A stretch of 62,369 nucleotides of DNA from Candidatus Zhuqueibacterota bacterium (GTDB lineage: Bacteria > Zhuqueibacterota > Zhuqueibacteria > Thermofontimicrobiales > Thermofontimicrobiaceae), in the NCBI GenBank assembly GCA_049322915.1, contig JBMOPW010000033.1, positions 1-62,369 of the forward strand, given 5' to 3'. The translations under genes were made by a program, and so were the position numbers. A model generated the notes under the pieces. The model was not told the origin of the DNA and searched no databases. It saw only the letters and a list, made by a program, of their open reading frames with translations. Positions 19,352-29,483 of the stretch are shown here, one piece after another; the stretch's first letter is position 1, and each line of letters begins with the position of its first letter.

Positions 19352-20916
19352 AAAAAAAATTGTTCTGTTCATTGTTGACCGGTGTGCTGCTATCGTTTGC
19401 GTTTCCGCCTTTCCGAATGGGATTTTTAGCCTATTTCGCGCTGATCCCATTCTTATTCGTGCTGGAGGAGGTCGATTATAAAGAGTCGATCCGGTGGGGT
19501 TTCCTGTTCGGATTGTTTGTGAATATCGGAACGCTCTACTGGATTAATTGGGTGACCGTGCCGGGCGCAATCGGCGCGATTTTATATCTGCCTGTCTATT
19601 TTGTTATATATAGTGTGCTGCATACATTCATTCGAAAAAGACTGGGCAATGGCCAGATTTATATGTGGGTCCCGTTTTTATGGACCGGCATGGAATACTT
19701 TCGATCCCTCGGTGTGCTCGGTTTCCCGTGGAATTCGCTGGCGTACACGCAATCCTACTACCTGTCTTTAATTCAATACGTCAGCTACACAAGCGTCTAT
19801 GGCGTCACATTCTGGGTTGTGCTGATCAATGTGATCATTCTCATGCTGATAAAAAACATTGCCGGCAATTATCGCCGAACGATTGTCTATTTCATTGTCC
19901 TGATTCTCCTGTTCATTCTTCCGTGGCTGTATGGCAAAATGGTCATTCCCGACGATGAGGCCGTTCCTGATGAGGATATCCGGGTTGCGTTGATCCAGGG
20001 GAATATCGATCCGTACCTGAAATGGGACGATGCCTTTCTCCAGGAAAACCTGAAAATCTATGACAAACTCACTCGCCAGAGCGCGGCGCTGTCCCCGCAA
20101 CTCATCATCTGGCCTGAAACTGCCATCCCGGATTATTTCCGAAGCTCCAAGCTGTATCTCAATGGCGTGAAGTCACTCCTGGCCGACATCAATGTGCCGC
20201 TCATTACCGGCGCTCCTGACTATCGGTTCAAGGAGAATAATGAGTACATCACGTTCAACGCGGTATTTCTGGTCCGACCCAACCGCAGCGATTTACAAAT
20301 CTATCACAAAATTCATCTGGTTCCGTTTGGAGAGCGGGTCCCGTTCACGGAGAGATTCCAACTGCTCAAAGCATTTCTGGAGCGATTCGAAATGGGGGAG
20401 GGCAATTTTTCCGAAGGTGATGAAATTGTCTCTTTCAAAGTGCCTCTGGTACCGAGCGATTCATTATCTCAAAAAGAACCAGGGCGGGAGTTTATCATGG
20501 CGCCGGCGGTTGTGTGCTTCGAATCTGTTTTTCCCGAATTGGTCAGAAAATTTATCCTGAACGGTTCGGATATTCTCATCGTCATAACAAACGACGCATG
20601 GTTCGAACGAAGTTCCGCGCCGTACCAGCACGCCCGGATGGCCGTCTTTCGAGCGATTGAAAATAGGGTCAGCATTGCTCGCTGCGCCAACACCGGCGTC
20701 TCAATGTTCATCGATCCCTACGGCCGAACGCTCTCGGCCACACCAATTTTCGAGGAAAAAGTTCTGGTGGACACTATTCCGCTCAGAACACAAACCACTT
20801 TTTTCACGCGTTTTGGCAATGTTTTCACCATCGCTGTTTCATTGATCAATCTCGCCCCGTTGTTAGCCGCCTTGTTCAATGTCAGAAAACACGGCAAGAT
20901 TGCTGGCTCCATGTGA
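19348..20916 (+). CDS. lnt: Apolipoprotein N-acyltransferase
   Basis: TM N-terminus, GFPW, IQGNI, E-K-C triad in WPE / YHKIHLVPFGE / VCFES, TNDAWF, ANTGVS. Confidence 0.96.
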   Translation: MKKKLFCSLLTGVLLSFAFPPFRMGFLAYFALIPFLFVLEEVDYKESIRWGFLFGLFVNIGTLYWINWVTVPGAIGAILYLPVYFVIYSVLHTFIRKRLGNGQIYMWVPFLWTGMEYFRSLGVLGFPWNSLAYTQSYYLSLIQYVSYTSVYGVTFWVVLINVIILMLIKNIAGNYRRTIVYFIVLILLFILPWLYGKMVIPDDEAVPDEDIRVALIQGNIDPYLKWDDAFLQENLKIYDKLTRQSAALSPQLIIWPETAIPDYFRSSKLYLNGVKSLLADINVPLITGAPDYRFKENNEYITFNAVFLVRPNRSDLQIYHKIHLVPFGERVPFTERFQLLKAFLERFEMGEGNFSEGDEIVSFKVPLVPSDSLSQKEPGREFIMAPAVVCFESVFPELVRKFILNGSDILIVITNDAWFERSSAPYQHARMAVFRAIENRVSIARCANTGVSMFIDPYGRTLSATPIFEEKVLVDTIPLRTQTTFFTRFGNVFTIAVSLINLAPLLAALFNVRKHGKIAGSM

Positions 20917-21081
20917 TGGGCTGTCGATGTTTTTATTTTTTGTCGATGAACGGCTAAAAAGCATTCGCCTTTATGCAATCGACGTTCGTATTGTATAAAG
21001 GCGTTTTAAATAGATTATACCTGGAAATTTGAATCACCAGTAAAATTTCTGTACCTATATTATTATTAGACGTACGCGTTG

Positions 21082-21105
21082 TGGATGGTCGCGACCGTCC
21101 ACTAC
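21082..21105 (-). repeat. Solitary GTAG-type REP-like palindrome
   Basis: Minus strand reads GTAG-tggacggtc-gc-gaccatcca; GC-rich patch in an AT-rich spacer. Confidence 0.5.
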
Positions 21106-21276
21106 AGATACAAAAAAGTATCGAAAGTATTGCACATGCTTTCGACTGGTCATTCAAAGTATAATTCTTAAATTGTGTTTTAAATTTACTGTATTTCAAT
21201 TAAGAAATTCAGGTATCAAGTAATGATGGGTTTATGATCTTTTGATAATTCTTTACCGGTGAAGGAGCACCATTCG

Positions 21277-22305
21277 ATGCGTTTTATTTTCAAGGTGATG
21301 TTACTCATTCTGCTCTCTGTTCGCTTCGGCGCTGCCCAGGAAATGTCGTTTCTGACGTTCAGTACGACAAAGGCGAGGCCACTGGCAATGGGGAGCGCGT
21401 ACACGGCTGTCGAAGACGATATTTTTTCAGCATCCTATAACCCGGCGACATTGAGTTTTTACCGCTATGAAAAAGAGCATCGCCTCACATTGTACGTGAA
21501 TCCCATGGCGCCGGCAGCAGCGCTGCAGCGCGATTACCGGATTTGGCAGGGCGATGGAACGGCACGCGTTTCCGCGTTTGATATGCTGAAGTCAATGGTG
21601 CTATTGGTCAAAAGTATCGCGTTCACCGGCAAGTATCTGGACCTGGCGCTGGTATTTCACGAGCAGATACTCGATGAACAGGCGTTAGCGCTGCAGAAGA
21701 AAATGTTCGAGGACTGCGATATCTGGAAGAACAGCTACCATTCGTTTTTAACGCGAATCAAGTTGGCGGAACGCGTATCGCTCGGATTCTCCGGCAGTCT
21801 TTACGTGAATGAAATCGACAATCACGCGCAGCAGGGCATGGGATTCAGCTACGGCATTTTATTGAAGCCATCGACCCGCATGAACGTCGGCCTGGCTTAC
21901 GTGGATTTTCCCAAGAATGCGCCGGATATTCGCATGCCTCTGGAACGGCTATCCGACGAAACCATGAATATTGGCGTGACCTATCGGCCAACGTCTTCAA
22001 CGCTGTTGGCATTTGATTTCCGAAATCTGACCGAGGATAGCAGGAAAACCGTGCGCGAGGCTCACTTCGGTTTTGAACAGAATATCTTTTCGATCATCGC
22101 CCTGCGCGGTGGTTATTATAAAGAAAGATTTTCGAACAATCATGTTTTTTCCGGAGGCGTTGGAATCGTGGATTCGAATTTGTTCTTTAACAAGCAGAAC
22201 CGATTCAACCATGCCCAATTTCTTCTGAACTATTCATTCGTTTTTCAGAAAAAAGAAAATGATGATATGAACTGGCATGTCCTTTCCCTGTACATTCGAC
22301 TGTAA
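21277..22305 (+). CDS. PorV/UPF0164-like outer-membrane protein
   Basis: Signal peptide, ARPLAMGSAYTAVEDD....YNPA, alternating beta-strand pattern; AAGGAG RBS. Confidence 0.7.
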   Translation: MRFIFKVMLLILLSVRFGAAQEMSFLTFSTTKARPLAMGSAYTAVEDDIFSASYNPATLSFYRYEKEHRLTLYVNPMAPAAALQRDYRIWQGDGTARVSAFDMLKSMVLLVKSIAFTGKYLDLALVFHEQILDEQALALQKKMFEDCDIWKNSYHSFLTRIKLAERVSLGFSGSLYVNEIDNHAQQGMGFSYGILLKPSTRMNVGLAYVDFPKNAPDIRMPLERLSDETMNIGVTYRPTSSTLLAFDFRNLTEDSRKTVREAHFGFEQNIFSIIALRGGYYKERFSNNHVFSGGVGIVDSNLFFNKQNRFNHAQFLLNYSFVFQKKENDDMNWHVLSLYIRL

Positions 22306-22413
22306 TTTTAATGTGGGGCGATGAGTGGGATTTATCCGGAACAATGACCTGCCGCGTGTCCACGGTGGGGGAACTTTATTCGACGAGCATCAGTATTAAA
22401 GGTTGATTCTTTT

Positions 22414-23052
22414 ATGACGAGACAAATCCAATCGTTTTTTACCCGACTTCCAATTCTCATTCTTCTGTCGTGCTCGACCGTTTTGAGCGCCAGCCAGCAG
22501 CCGCTGGACAATGTGTCGATTTTTAACGCGCTGGCGTCGAAGACGGCGGATGTGCTGTTACATCAGGCGCCTCTGGATTCGACAATGACCATTTCCATTA
22601 CGCCCCTGAATCGACAGACCGAGGGGAATTGGCTGTTGGAAAGCGCGCTCATGCAGGGCCTGTCGCGGAACGGGATTCGGCGGATCCAGTTGTATCAGAC
22701 AGCCGATTCGACGAACAGCGACTATCGGATTGAATTTCAGATTACCCGGCTTCACTTGCATTACGAATCCCAGTCCGATAATAAGATGATCGCACGGCAC
22801 ATGGAATTGCACGTCACTGCCAGAATTGTCGAGCCAGGGAGCGGCCTGGTGAAATATTCGGACGCCTTGACCGAGACCTATGCTGATTCCGTTCAGGCGA
22901 ATCAAATCGAAATTCTGGAGAATCGAAATTTCAGCTTCACGCACGCAGCGCCTCCGCAACGCCCGGGGCTGCGAAAGTATATTGAACCATCCCTGATAAT
23001 AATAACCACGTTTGGCATTGTCTATCTCTTTTTTAGTTTGCGCAGTAGTTAA
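22414..23052 (+). CDS. Hypothetical exported protein with C-terminal membrane anchor
   Basis: N-terminal hydrophobic segment; C-terminal IEPSLIIITTFGIVYLFFSLRS. Confidence 0.7.
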   Translation: MTRQIQSFFTRLPILILLSCSTVLSASQQPLDNVSIFNALASKTADVLLHQAPLDSTMTISITPLNRQTEGNWLLESALMQGLSRNGIRRIQLYQTADSTNSDYRIEFQITRLHLHYESQSDNKMIARHMELHVTARIVEPGSGLVKYSDALTETYADSVQANQIEILENRNFSFTHAAPPQRPGLRKYIEPSLIIITTFGIVYLFFSLRSS

Positions 23053-23063
23053 AGGAATAAGGT

Positions 23064-23837
23064 ATGAGACTTGTGATGAAAAATAAGTATCTGTTGCTGA
23101 TTGCTCTGGTGTTGGTGTTCGTTTCCTCGTGCGGAAGAAAAAATCTCCGGGCGACTTTGACGGCGGAAGAGCGGCTGAAAATTGCTGAAAAGATGTACGG
23201 GGATGGCGATTATTTGGATGCAAAGACTGAATTCAAAATCATTACGTTGAACTTTCCGGGCAGCACGGTCAGCGATCGCGCCCAGTTTTTTTTAGGCGAA
23301 TGTCATTTTCAATTGAAAGAGTACATCCTTGCCAATGCGGAGTACGAGAAATTGACGCGGATATTTCCCAACAGCGATTTCGTCGATGATGCCCAGTATA
23401 AAATTGCTCTGAGCAACTATAAATTATCCCCAAAGTATTCCCTCGATCAAACCAATACGCTCAAGGCTATCGAAGAATTTCAGCGATTCCTTGAAGATTA
23501 TCCAGGGAGCGACCTGTTGCCGGAGGCCAATAAGTACATGAAATTGTGTCGGGAGAAACTGGCGCGGAAGGACTACGAAAATGCTGAGTCCTATCGGAAA
23601 CGGACATTGTATGAAGCGGCTATCAAATACTACGATCATGTGCTGGATAATTATTACGATACAGATTATGCAGAAAAAGCGCTGTTCGGCAAGGCGGAGG
23701 CCTATCGAAAATCCGGAGACATGGACCAGGCGAAGCGATTTTATCAGCTCTATTTAGAAAAATTCCCTGACGGTTCCAAAAACTCCCGCATCAAAAGCCT
23801 TTTGTCCAAAATGCAAACGGAGGAACAGGAAGGGTAA
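23064..23837 (+). CDS. bamD: Outer-membrane protein assembly lipoprotein BamD
   Basis: Lipobox VSSC, TPR pattern, DQTNTLKAIEEFQRFLEDYPGS. Confidence 0.88.
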   Translation: MRLVMKNKYLLLIALVLVFVSSCGRKNLRATLTAEERLKIAEKMYGDGDYLDAKTEFKIITLNFPGSTVSDRAQFFLGECHFQLKEYILANAEYEKLTRIFPNSDFVDDAQYKIALSNYKLSPKYSLDQTNTLKAIEEFQRFLEDYPGSDLLPEANKYMKLCREKLARKDYENAESYRKRTLYEAAIKYYDHVLDNYYDTDYAEKALFGKAEAYRKSGDMDQAKRFYQLYLEKFPDGSKNSRIKSLLSKMQTEEQEG

Positions 23838-23888
23838 GCACCCGTTCACGGCTACTTTTGAGAAAAACAGGGCTGCTTCTTTTTAAGA

Positions 23889-24494
23889 ATGAAAGATGGA
23901 TTGACGAAAATCGGCCTCTTTGGGGGATCATTCGATCCGATTCACTACGGTCATTTGCAGATTGCAGATTGGACCAGACAACATTTAGCTTTAGAAAAAA
24001 TCATTTTTATTCCAGCGGCAATTCCACCCCATAAACTTCACTCGATCATTGCCAGTGCGGAGCATCGCTATACGATGATTCAACTGGCAATTGCCCAATA
24101 TCCCCATTTTGAAATTTCCGATGTCGAGTTGAATCGGACAGGAATTTCGTACACGATCGATACGGTCAACTATTATCGCGACATGTACTCGCTGCAACGC
24201 GAGGAGCTTTTTTTACTGATCGGCGGCGACAGTCTGATGGATCTGCCATCGTGGCGATTCCCGGATAAAATTCTCAGCAACTGCACCGTCGTTGTGTATC
24301 AGCGACGCGGGACAAATCCGGCATCGTTGCCGGACGACATCGCCCGGCAGGTGCGCATCCTGGACACACCGATCATCGATATTTCATCCACCATGATTCG
24401 CGAGAAGATAGCTGCCGGGGAGTCAATCACAAACCTGACTTCGCCCCATGTTGCTGAATACATTAGCGTGCATCATTTGTATGGCTGCAAATAG
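23889..24494 (+). CDS. nadD: Nicotinate-nucleotide adenylyltransferase
   Basis: GLFGGSFDPIHYGH, PPHK, SYTIDT, ISSTMIRE. Confidence 0.96.
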   Translation: MKDGLTKIGLFGGSFDPIHYGHLQIADWTRQHLALEKIIFIPAAIPPHKLHSIIASAEHRYTMIQLAIAQYPHFEISDVELNRTGISYTIDTVNYYRDMYSLQREELFLLIGGDSLMDLPSWRFPDKILSNCTVVVYQRRGTNPASLPDDIARQVRILDTPIIDISSTMIREKIAAGESITNLTSPHVAEYISVHHLYGCK

Positions 24495-24669
24495 GGCATT
24501 CTTTATCTCATTGTCTTCAGGAAGTGTCACCGGCTTTCAGCGAATCTCCGGTATTTACACATGCTGTACAATTTTTACCTCACTGAAAAATATTCTTGAT
24601 TTTATTATTCTAAAATCGTAATTTGGGCGCGGAGGAAGATCGACTCAGGATTTATTAGCGAGGGAAAAA

Positions 24670-25293
24670 ATGGTGTTCTGGATTTCTCGAGTGATTCTAC
24701 TCGTTTTTACTAAACTGTACCTGCGCGGCAAGGTCTATGGAAAAGAGAATCTGCCTGAAAATGGCCCATACATCGGTGTGATCAACCACAACAGCAATAT
24801 GGATGTAGTGGCCATGTCGCTGGTGGCCACCCGCAAAGCATATACCATGGCCAAAGATTCTCTCTTTCGCGTCCCGGTACTCAAATGGTGGCTGAAGGCG
24901 GTGGGGATGTTCCCTGTAGTTCGCGATGCATCGGACCATAAGGCTTTCAATTATGCAGTGGATCTGCTTCGGCAGGGCAAGATTCTGTACATCGCCCCGG
25001 AGGGCACCCGTAAAAAACAAAATGGCCAGCGCAATCGTCCCAGAACCGGATTTGTGCGAATGGCGCAATTGGCCGATTGTCCTATTGTGCCTATCGCCAT
25101 GAGCGGTACGGATAAAGTATTACCGCCCTGCGCCTGGTTTCCACGCAGGGTCAAGGTGAGCGCAATAGTCGGAAAGCCATTCAAGCTGGAACCATTAGCT
25201 TTGAAAAAAGAATGCAAGGATGAACTTCAATCCCAGGCAGATTGGGTGATGGATAAAGTCTATGAAATGGTCGCCGAATTGGAGACCAGATAG
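24670..25293 (+). CDS. plsC: 1-acyl-sn-glycerol-3-phosphate acyltransferase
   Basis: NHNSNMD (HX4D), APEGTR, PIVPI. Confidence 0.9.
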   Translation: MVFWISRVILLVFTKLYLRGKVYGKENLPENGPYIGVINHNSNMDVVAMSLVATRKAYTMAKDSLFRVPVLKWWLKAVGMFPVVRDASDHKAFNYAVDLLRQGKILYIAPEGTRKKQNGQRNRPRTGFVRMAQLADCPIVPIAMSGTDKVLPPCAWFPRRVKVSAIVGKPFKLEPLALKKECKDELQSQADWVMDKVYEMVAELETR

Positions 25294-25489
25294 CAAGCCC
25301 ATTTGTTCATACCAATCACCTTCTCTGCACGGCTGGCAGGGTCACCGGCAGCTATTGTCCCTCCGTCGCTGCGGGCGTCCGTGGCGCCGGCGCGGGGGAA
25401 ATGTAACTCCCACAGTTCGAATGACTCGAATTACGTTTGTGGCACTTAAGTAGGGACAATGAAAATCATTTTATTTTAGGGGAGGTCCC

Positions 25490-26167
25490 ATGGAAATTAA
25501 TCTACTGAAACGAGTACCTATTTTTTCACAGCTTAATGACGACGAACTGGAGAAGATCCGGATGCTATGCGTCACTCAGCATTATGAGAAAGACCGTATC
25601 ATTCTCATCGAAGAGGAAAGCGGGAATACGCTTTTCATCATTCAGAAAGGGAGAGTGAAGGTTTCGCGGATGAGCGACGATGGCCGGGAAGTGATCCTTT
25701 CCATCCTGGAGCGCGGCGAGTTCTTCGGCGAGCTATCGCTGATTGACGGTAAAGCCCGTTCTGCCAGCGTCACAGCCATCGAAGACTCGGAAGTCCTGAT
25801 GCTGCGGCGCGGCGATTTTATGGGGCTTCTGGAAGAACATCCCCAGATCGCCATCAGTCTGCTGAAAGAATTGGCCGGGAGAATTCGAAAGAGTGATACG
25901 CAGATCAAAAGCCTTTCGCTGCAGGATGCCATGGGCCGCGTCGCTTCCGCGCTGCTTCTGCTGGCTGAAGATGCCGGCGTGATCAAGCAGGGGCGAGTGG
26001 TGATCCACAAAATACCGCTGCAACAGGATCTGGCCAACATGGCTGGCACCTCCCGCGAGACGATCTCTCGCGTGTTCCGTCATCTGGAGGATGAAAAATT
26101 GATGGAACGGGAAGGCCGAAAAGTGATCATCCCGGATTATGCCCGATTCAAAAAAATGTTCGGTTAA
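25490..26167 (+). CDS. Crp/Fnr family transcriptional regulator
   Basis: FFGELSLID..ARSA cNMP pocket; QQDLANMAGTSRETISR HTH. Confidence 0.94.
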   Translation: MEINLLKRVPIFSQLNDDELEKIRMLCVTQHYEKDRIILIEEESGNTLFIIQKGRVKVSRMSDDGREVILSILERGEFFGELSLIDGKARSASVTAIEDSEVLMLRRGDFMGLLEEHPQIAISLLKELAGRIRKSDTQIKSLSLQDAMGRVASALLLLAEDAGVIKQGRVVIHKIPLQQDLANMAGTSRETISRVFRHLEDEKLMEREGRKVIIPDYARFKKMFG

Positions 26168-26196
26168 ACCCAGACGGGGCAACAAATGGAGGCTGA

Positions 26197-26643
26197 ATGA
26201 CGCGGACCTATCCCACAGCGCCACTGATTGGAGTGGGCGTGGTGTTGTTCAATGAAAACAAGCAGGTGTTGCTGGTGAAACGGGGTCACGAACCCAGCAA
26301 GAATTTATGGTCGGTCCCCGGGGGATTGGTCGAATTGGGCGAGCGGGTGAGTGAAGCCGCGCGCCGGGAAGTCCTCGAGGAATGCAATCTGCGCGTGGAA
26401 CCGCGGGATGTGCTGGCCGTTGTCGACCTCATTTTACGGGACGAATCGGATAGCGTTAAATATCATTACGTGATCATCGATTATCTGGCGGACTACGTGG
26501 ATGGGGAATTGCAGCCCCAATCCGATGTGAGCGACGCCGGCTGGTTCTCCGAGTCGGACATTTGCAATCTCGATATTCCGGAAATCACGCTGGACTTGCT
26601 CAAAAAGGCGTTCCAGCTCCATCACCAGAAACCTGGTGTATAG
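26197..26643 (+). CDS. NUDIX hydrolase
   Basis: Nudix box GGLVELGERVSEAARREVLEECNL. Confidence 0.93.
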   Translation: MTRTYPTAPLIGVGVVLFNENKQVLLVKRGHEPSKNLWSVPGGLVELGERVSEAARREVLEECNLRVEPRDVLAVVDLILRDESDSVKYHYVIIDYLADYVDGELQPQSDVSDAGWFSESDICNLDIPEITLDLLKKAFQLHHQKPGV

Positions 26644-26669
26644 CGTTCGCTGCGTTTCAATCAAAATTT

Positions 26670-26694
26670 AGCCACTCGTGGAGTGGCTTTTTTT
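26670..26694 (+). terminator. Intrinsic terminator
   Basis: agccactc-gtg-gagtggct followed by a T run. Confidence 0.8.
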
Positions 26695-26828
26695 CATTCC
26701 CGGAGGCATGAAATTTTTCATGATGGGCTCCCACATGCTCTGAAGCACGAGCAAAAAAGCGAACGTCCTTTTCCTCGGTCATGAAGGCAGAGGTAAGGTA
26801 TCAGCTACGAAACGATTCACTTGATTCA

Positions 26829-26927
26829 TGCATGGGTCGACTCTGAATAGCCCTGGCTTTTAAGTGGGGGAACAGAAATCACCGCTGGTTTCAGGGCTTC
26901 AGCCCCTTTTTAGAGTGGGCTCATACA
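26829..26927. mobile_element. MITE family A, internally deleted copy (about 99 bp)
   Basis: Left end tgcatgggtcgactct joined directly to gaatagccc...; right end tttttagagtgggctcataca; homologous to 33021-33209. Confidence 0.75.
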
Positions 26928-27046
26928 TACTGAAAATAAAAGAATTTTTCTGAATTCGGCCCCGATGCATGGCGGTCCGGAAACCGCGAGGCAACCATGC
27001 CTATGGACTTTTAACGAACGAATCACCCTCAGAAAGACTGATCCCG

Positions 27047-29296
27047 ATGTTCCCTGAAAACGATTATACTCCATTTGGCTATCTCGATAATCCTTTTCAC
27101 ACCTGGAAACTGAACCGCAGCGGAATTTTTCGGGTGTCCCCTCCGGTCGGATTTGAATGGTTATTTCCCAATGCGTACAAGCCATTCCTCAGCGCAGCGC
27201 TCAACATCGGCCTGCTCATCGACAGCCGGATTCTGTTGCTCCCGTCCGACTGGCAGAATTTTTCCATCTCACCCCGTTCTCCCTATCATAGCAAAAATGT
27301 CTTTCGCTTCACCTGGCAATGGCAACAATTCAATGTTGAGTGCGATTTTTTTCTGGCGGATGAAAAAGGGCTGGCAGCTCAATTGCGCGTGACCCGGGCG
27401 AGCGCCTCCGCAGGCGCAGCATCCGTGTTGTTGCTGTCTTCGGTGCAGTTGAAATACCGGCAGACCGGACTGTGGGATTTTGGATTGACCGGCTCTGTGA
27501 AAGACGACCATTCCACTGCTGTGTTGAAAAGCTTTGCCGAAGGCTACTGTTTCACGCTGAAATTTTCTGAGGAATGCGACCAGTACAGCTTCGGCGACGA
27601 GGCGAATGCTGTGTGCAGAAATCTATCCGGAGATGCCCGGCCGGCGCGTTTTTTTTCAACAACGAAAGAGAAAATCTATTCGCTGATCCGAATCCCTATT
27701 GATTTCAGTCACGGCGACGACTTCGAGCTCAACTGTCTGGTGACGCGGGGCGTGAGTGAGCACGAGACAGGGACGCTGTCCCACCAGCTTTTTCCGCAAC
27801 TGAATGCAATGCGCAATAACCATGTCTCCGACGATGCCGCGTTTTGGGATATCTGCCCGCAACTGTCCGGCGATTGGCCCGGCCACTGGCAACGCGGATG
27901 GGTGTATGACTGGGAGACGCTTCGCATGAATGTACGCCGGCCGACCGGCATTTTCACCACCGAATGGGATGCGATGCAAATTCAGAAACCGCGGGTTGTC
28001 CTCGCCGAGACAGCGCTGGACATGCTGATGTTGAGCTACGCCGATCCCGAGCGCAGCCAGCGCGTCATCCTGGGATTGTTCCGCGATGCGCCGGGCCCGC
28101 AGGTGCCCTGCGCCCGTGAGGATGGCTCGCTGAACATGATCTCCGAGGACGGCAGCGAATGTGGCACGTCGCCGGCCTGGTGCTGGCCGTTCTACTGCTT
28201 CCAGTCGATTTATGACCGCCAGGGGGATCGCGACTGGCTGGAGGCGCTTTTTCCCCATCTCGAACTTTATCTGAACTGGTGGCTGCAACACAGGACGGAC
28301 GACGAAGGCTGGGCTGTGTACAATTGCAGTTGGGAGAGCGGTCAGGATGATTCCACCAAGTTTTTGATTCAACAACCGACCGGCGGGGAAGTGGTCAGCC
28401 ATCTGCGCGCGGTCGACTTACAGGCAGCCATGGCTCAGGCCGCGGCGGTGATGAGCGGTTTCAGCAAAGTCCTCGGGAGAGAGCCGGATAAATGGGATGC
28501 AGTTCATCAGCAATTCCGCGACCGCACGCTGACTCTGTGGCGGAAGGACTGGTTCTGCGATTTCGACCGACGGACCAATTCCTGGGTGTACAAAGAAGAG
28601 TACCGCGACATTACCAATCTGGCGCCGTTCTTTGTCGGGGTGTATTCAGAGAGCCATCTCCGGCATGTCGAACCCTGGTTCGCTCATTTTAAAACAAACC
28701 GAAAATTGTGGCTGGAATGGGCGTCGTTCTTTTTCATGTACCTGGAAGCAATCTGGCGAACCGGCTTCCGGCAATTGGCTTCGGACGTGTTGTACGAGAC
28801 CGCGGATCGCGTGTATCGAAATTGGGACCGGCGGCACTGGTCGCCGGAGGAGGCCATGCCGGGCGTTTCCATCGAGTGCTGGGGCTACGATAAACCCTAT
28901 GGCTCCGAGGGCTATGGCTGGGGCGCAACCATGCCGATTCACATCATTCGCAGCCTCATCGGCTTTCGCGAGGAGAACAATCCCGACGTCTCTGGCTTTT
29001 CGCTGTGTCCCAATCTGCCGGCTGAATTTTTATCGCCGGGCAAACGGTACGGCATCGGCCGGCTCAAGTTCATCACCTGTCAGATGGAACTGTCTTACAT
29101 TGTCCAGGCCGATCTGCGGCTGGAGTGCCGCTTCACCATCGCCGGCCCCAATCTCGCGCCAATCGTTGTCGTTCGGGAGAATGGACAGATGGCCTATCAA
29201 TCCCGCGGGACGATGGAGCAGCAGGAGGGGAGCATCGCGCTCACCAATCGCGAGAAACTGATGTTTCAATTTTATCCGGCCCGGGCTGAATTCTAA
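27047..29296 (+). CDS. GH63/MGH1-like (alpha/alpha)6 glycoside hydrolase
   Basis: SWESGQDDS (WESGxDxS-type motif), AVDLQA, GYGWGA; ATG 27047 assumed (ORF opens at 26969). Confidence 0.65.
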   Translation: MFPENDYTPFGYLDNPFHTWKLNRSGIFRVSPPVGFEWLFPNAYKPFLSAALNIGLLIDSRILLLPSDWQNFSISPRSPYHSKNVFRFTWQWQQFNVECDFFLADEKGLAAQLRVTRASASAGAASVLLLSSVQLKYRQTGLWDFGLTGSVKDDHSTAVLKSFAEGYCFTLKFSEECDQYSFGDEANAVCRNLSGDARPARFFSTTKEKIYSLIRIPIDFSHGDDFELNCLVTRGVSEHETGTLSHQLFPQLNAMRNNHVSDDAAFWDICPQLSGDWPGHWQRGWVYDWETLRMNVRRPTGIFTTEWDAMQIQKPRVVLAETALDMLMLSYADPERSQRVILGLFRDAPGPQVPCAREDGSLNMISEDGSECGTSPAWCWPFYCFQSIYDRQGDRDWLEALFPHLELYLNWWLQHRTDDEGWAVYNCSWESGQDDSTKFLIQQPTGGEVVSHLRAVDLQAAMAQAAAVMSGFSKVLGREPDKWDAVHQQFRDRTLTLWRKDWFCDFDRRTNSWVYKEEYRDITNLAPFFVGVYSESHLRHVEPWFAHFKTNRKLWLEWASFFFMYLEAIWRTGFRQLASDVLYETADRVYRNWDRRHWSPEEAMPGVSIECWGYDKPYGSEGYGWGATMPIHIIRSLIGFREENNPDVSGFSLCPNLPAEFLSPGKRYGIGRLKFITCQMELSYIVQADLRLECRFTIAGPNLAPIVVVRENGQMAYQSRGTMEQQEGSIALTNREKLMFQFYPARAEF

Positions 29297-29483
29297 TTCA
29301 CGACGGGACGCCCGATTCGATTGAGACACAAAAGACGTGCAGGTCTTTATTCCCAGAACCGAGTCAGTGGTTTTAAATTTGAATAAAAATCAAGTGGCCG
29401 AGAGCGCCGGCTGTGTCCGAATATCTAAGGAATCTTCGAATCCAATTACATACAACCATTGACCAAATGCAGTGGAGTTGAAA

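Noticed and set aside
25354..25460. 9-bp inverted repeat attgtccct/agggacaat upstream of the Crp/Fnr gene
   Set aside because: Single short occurrence with no other copy in the window
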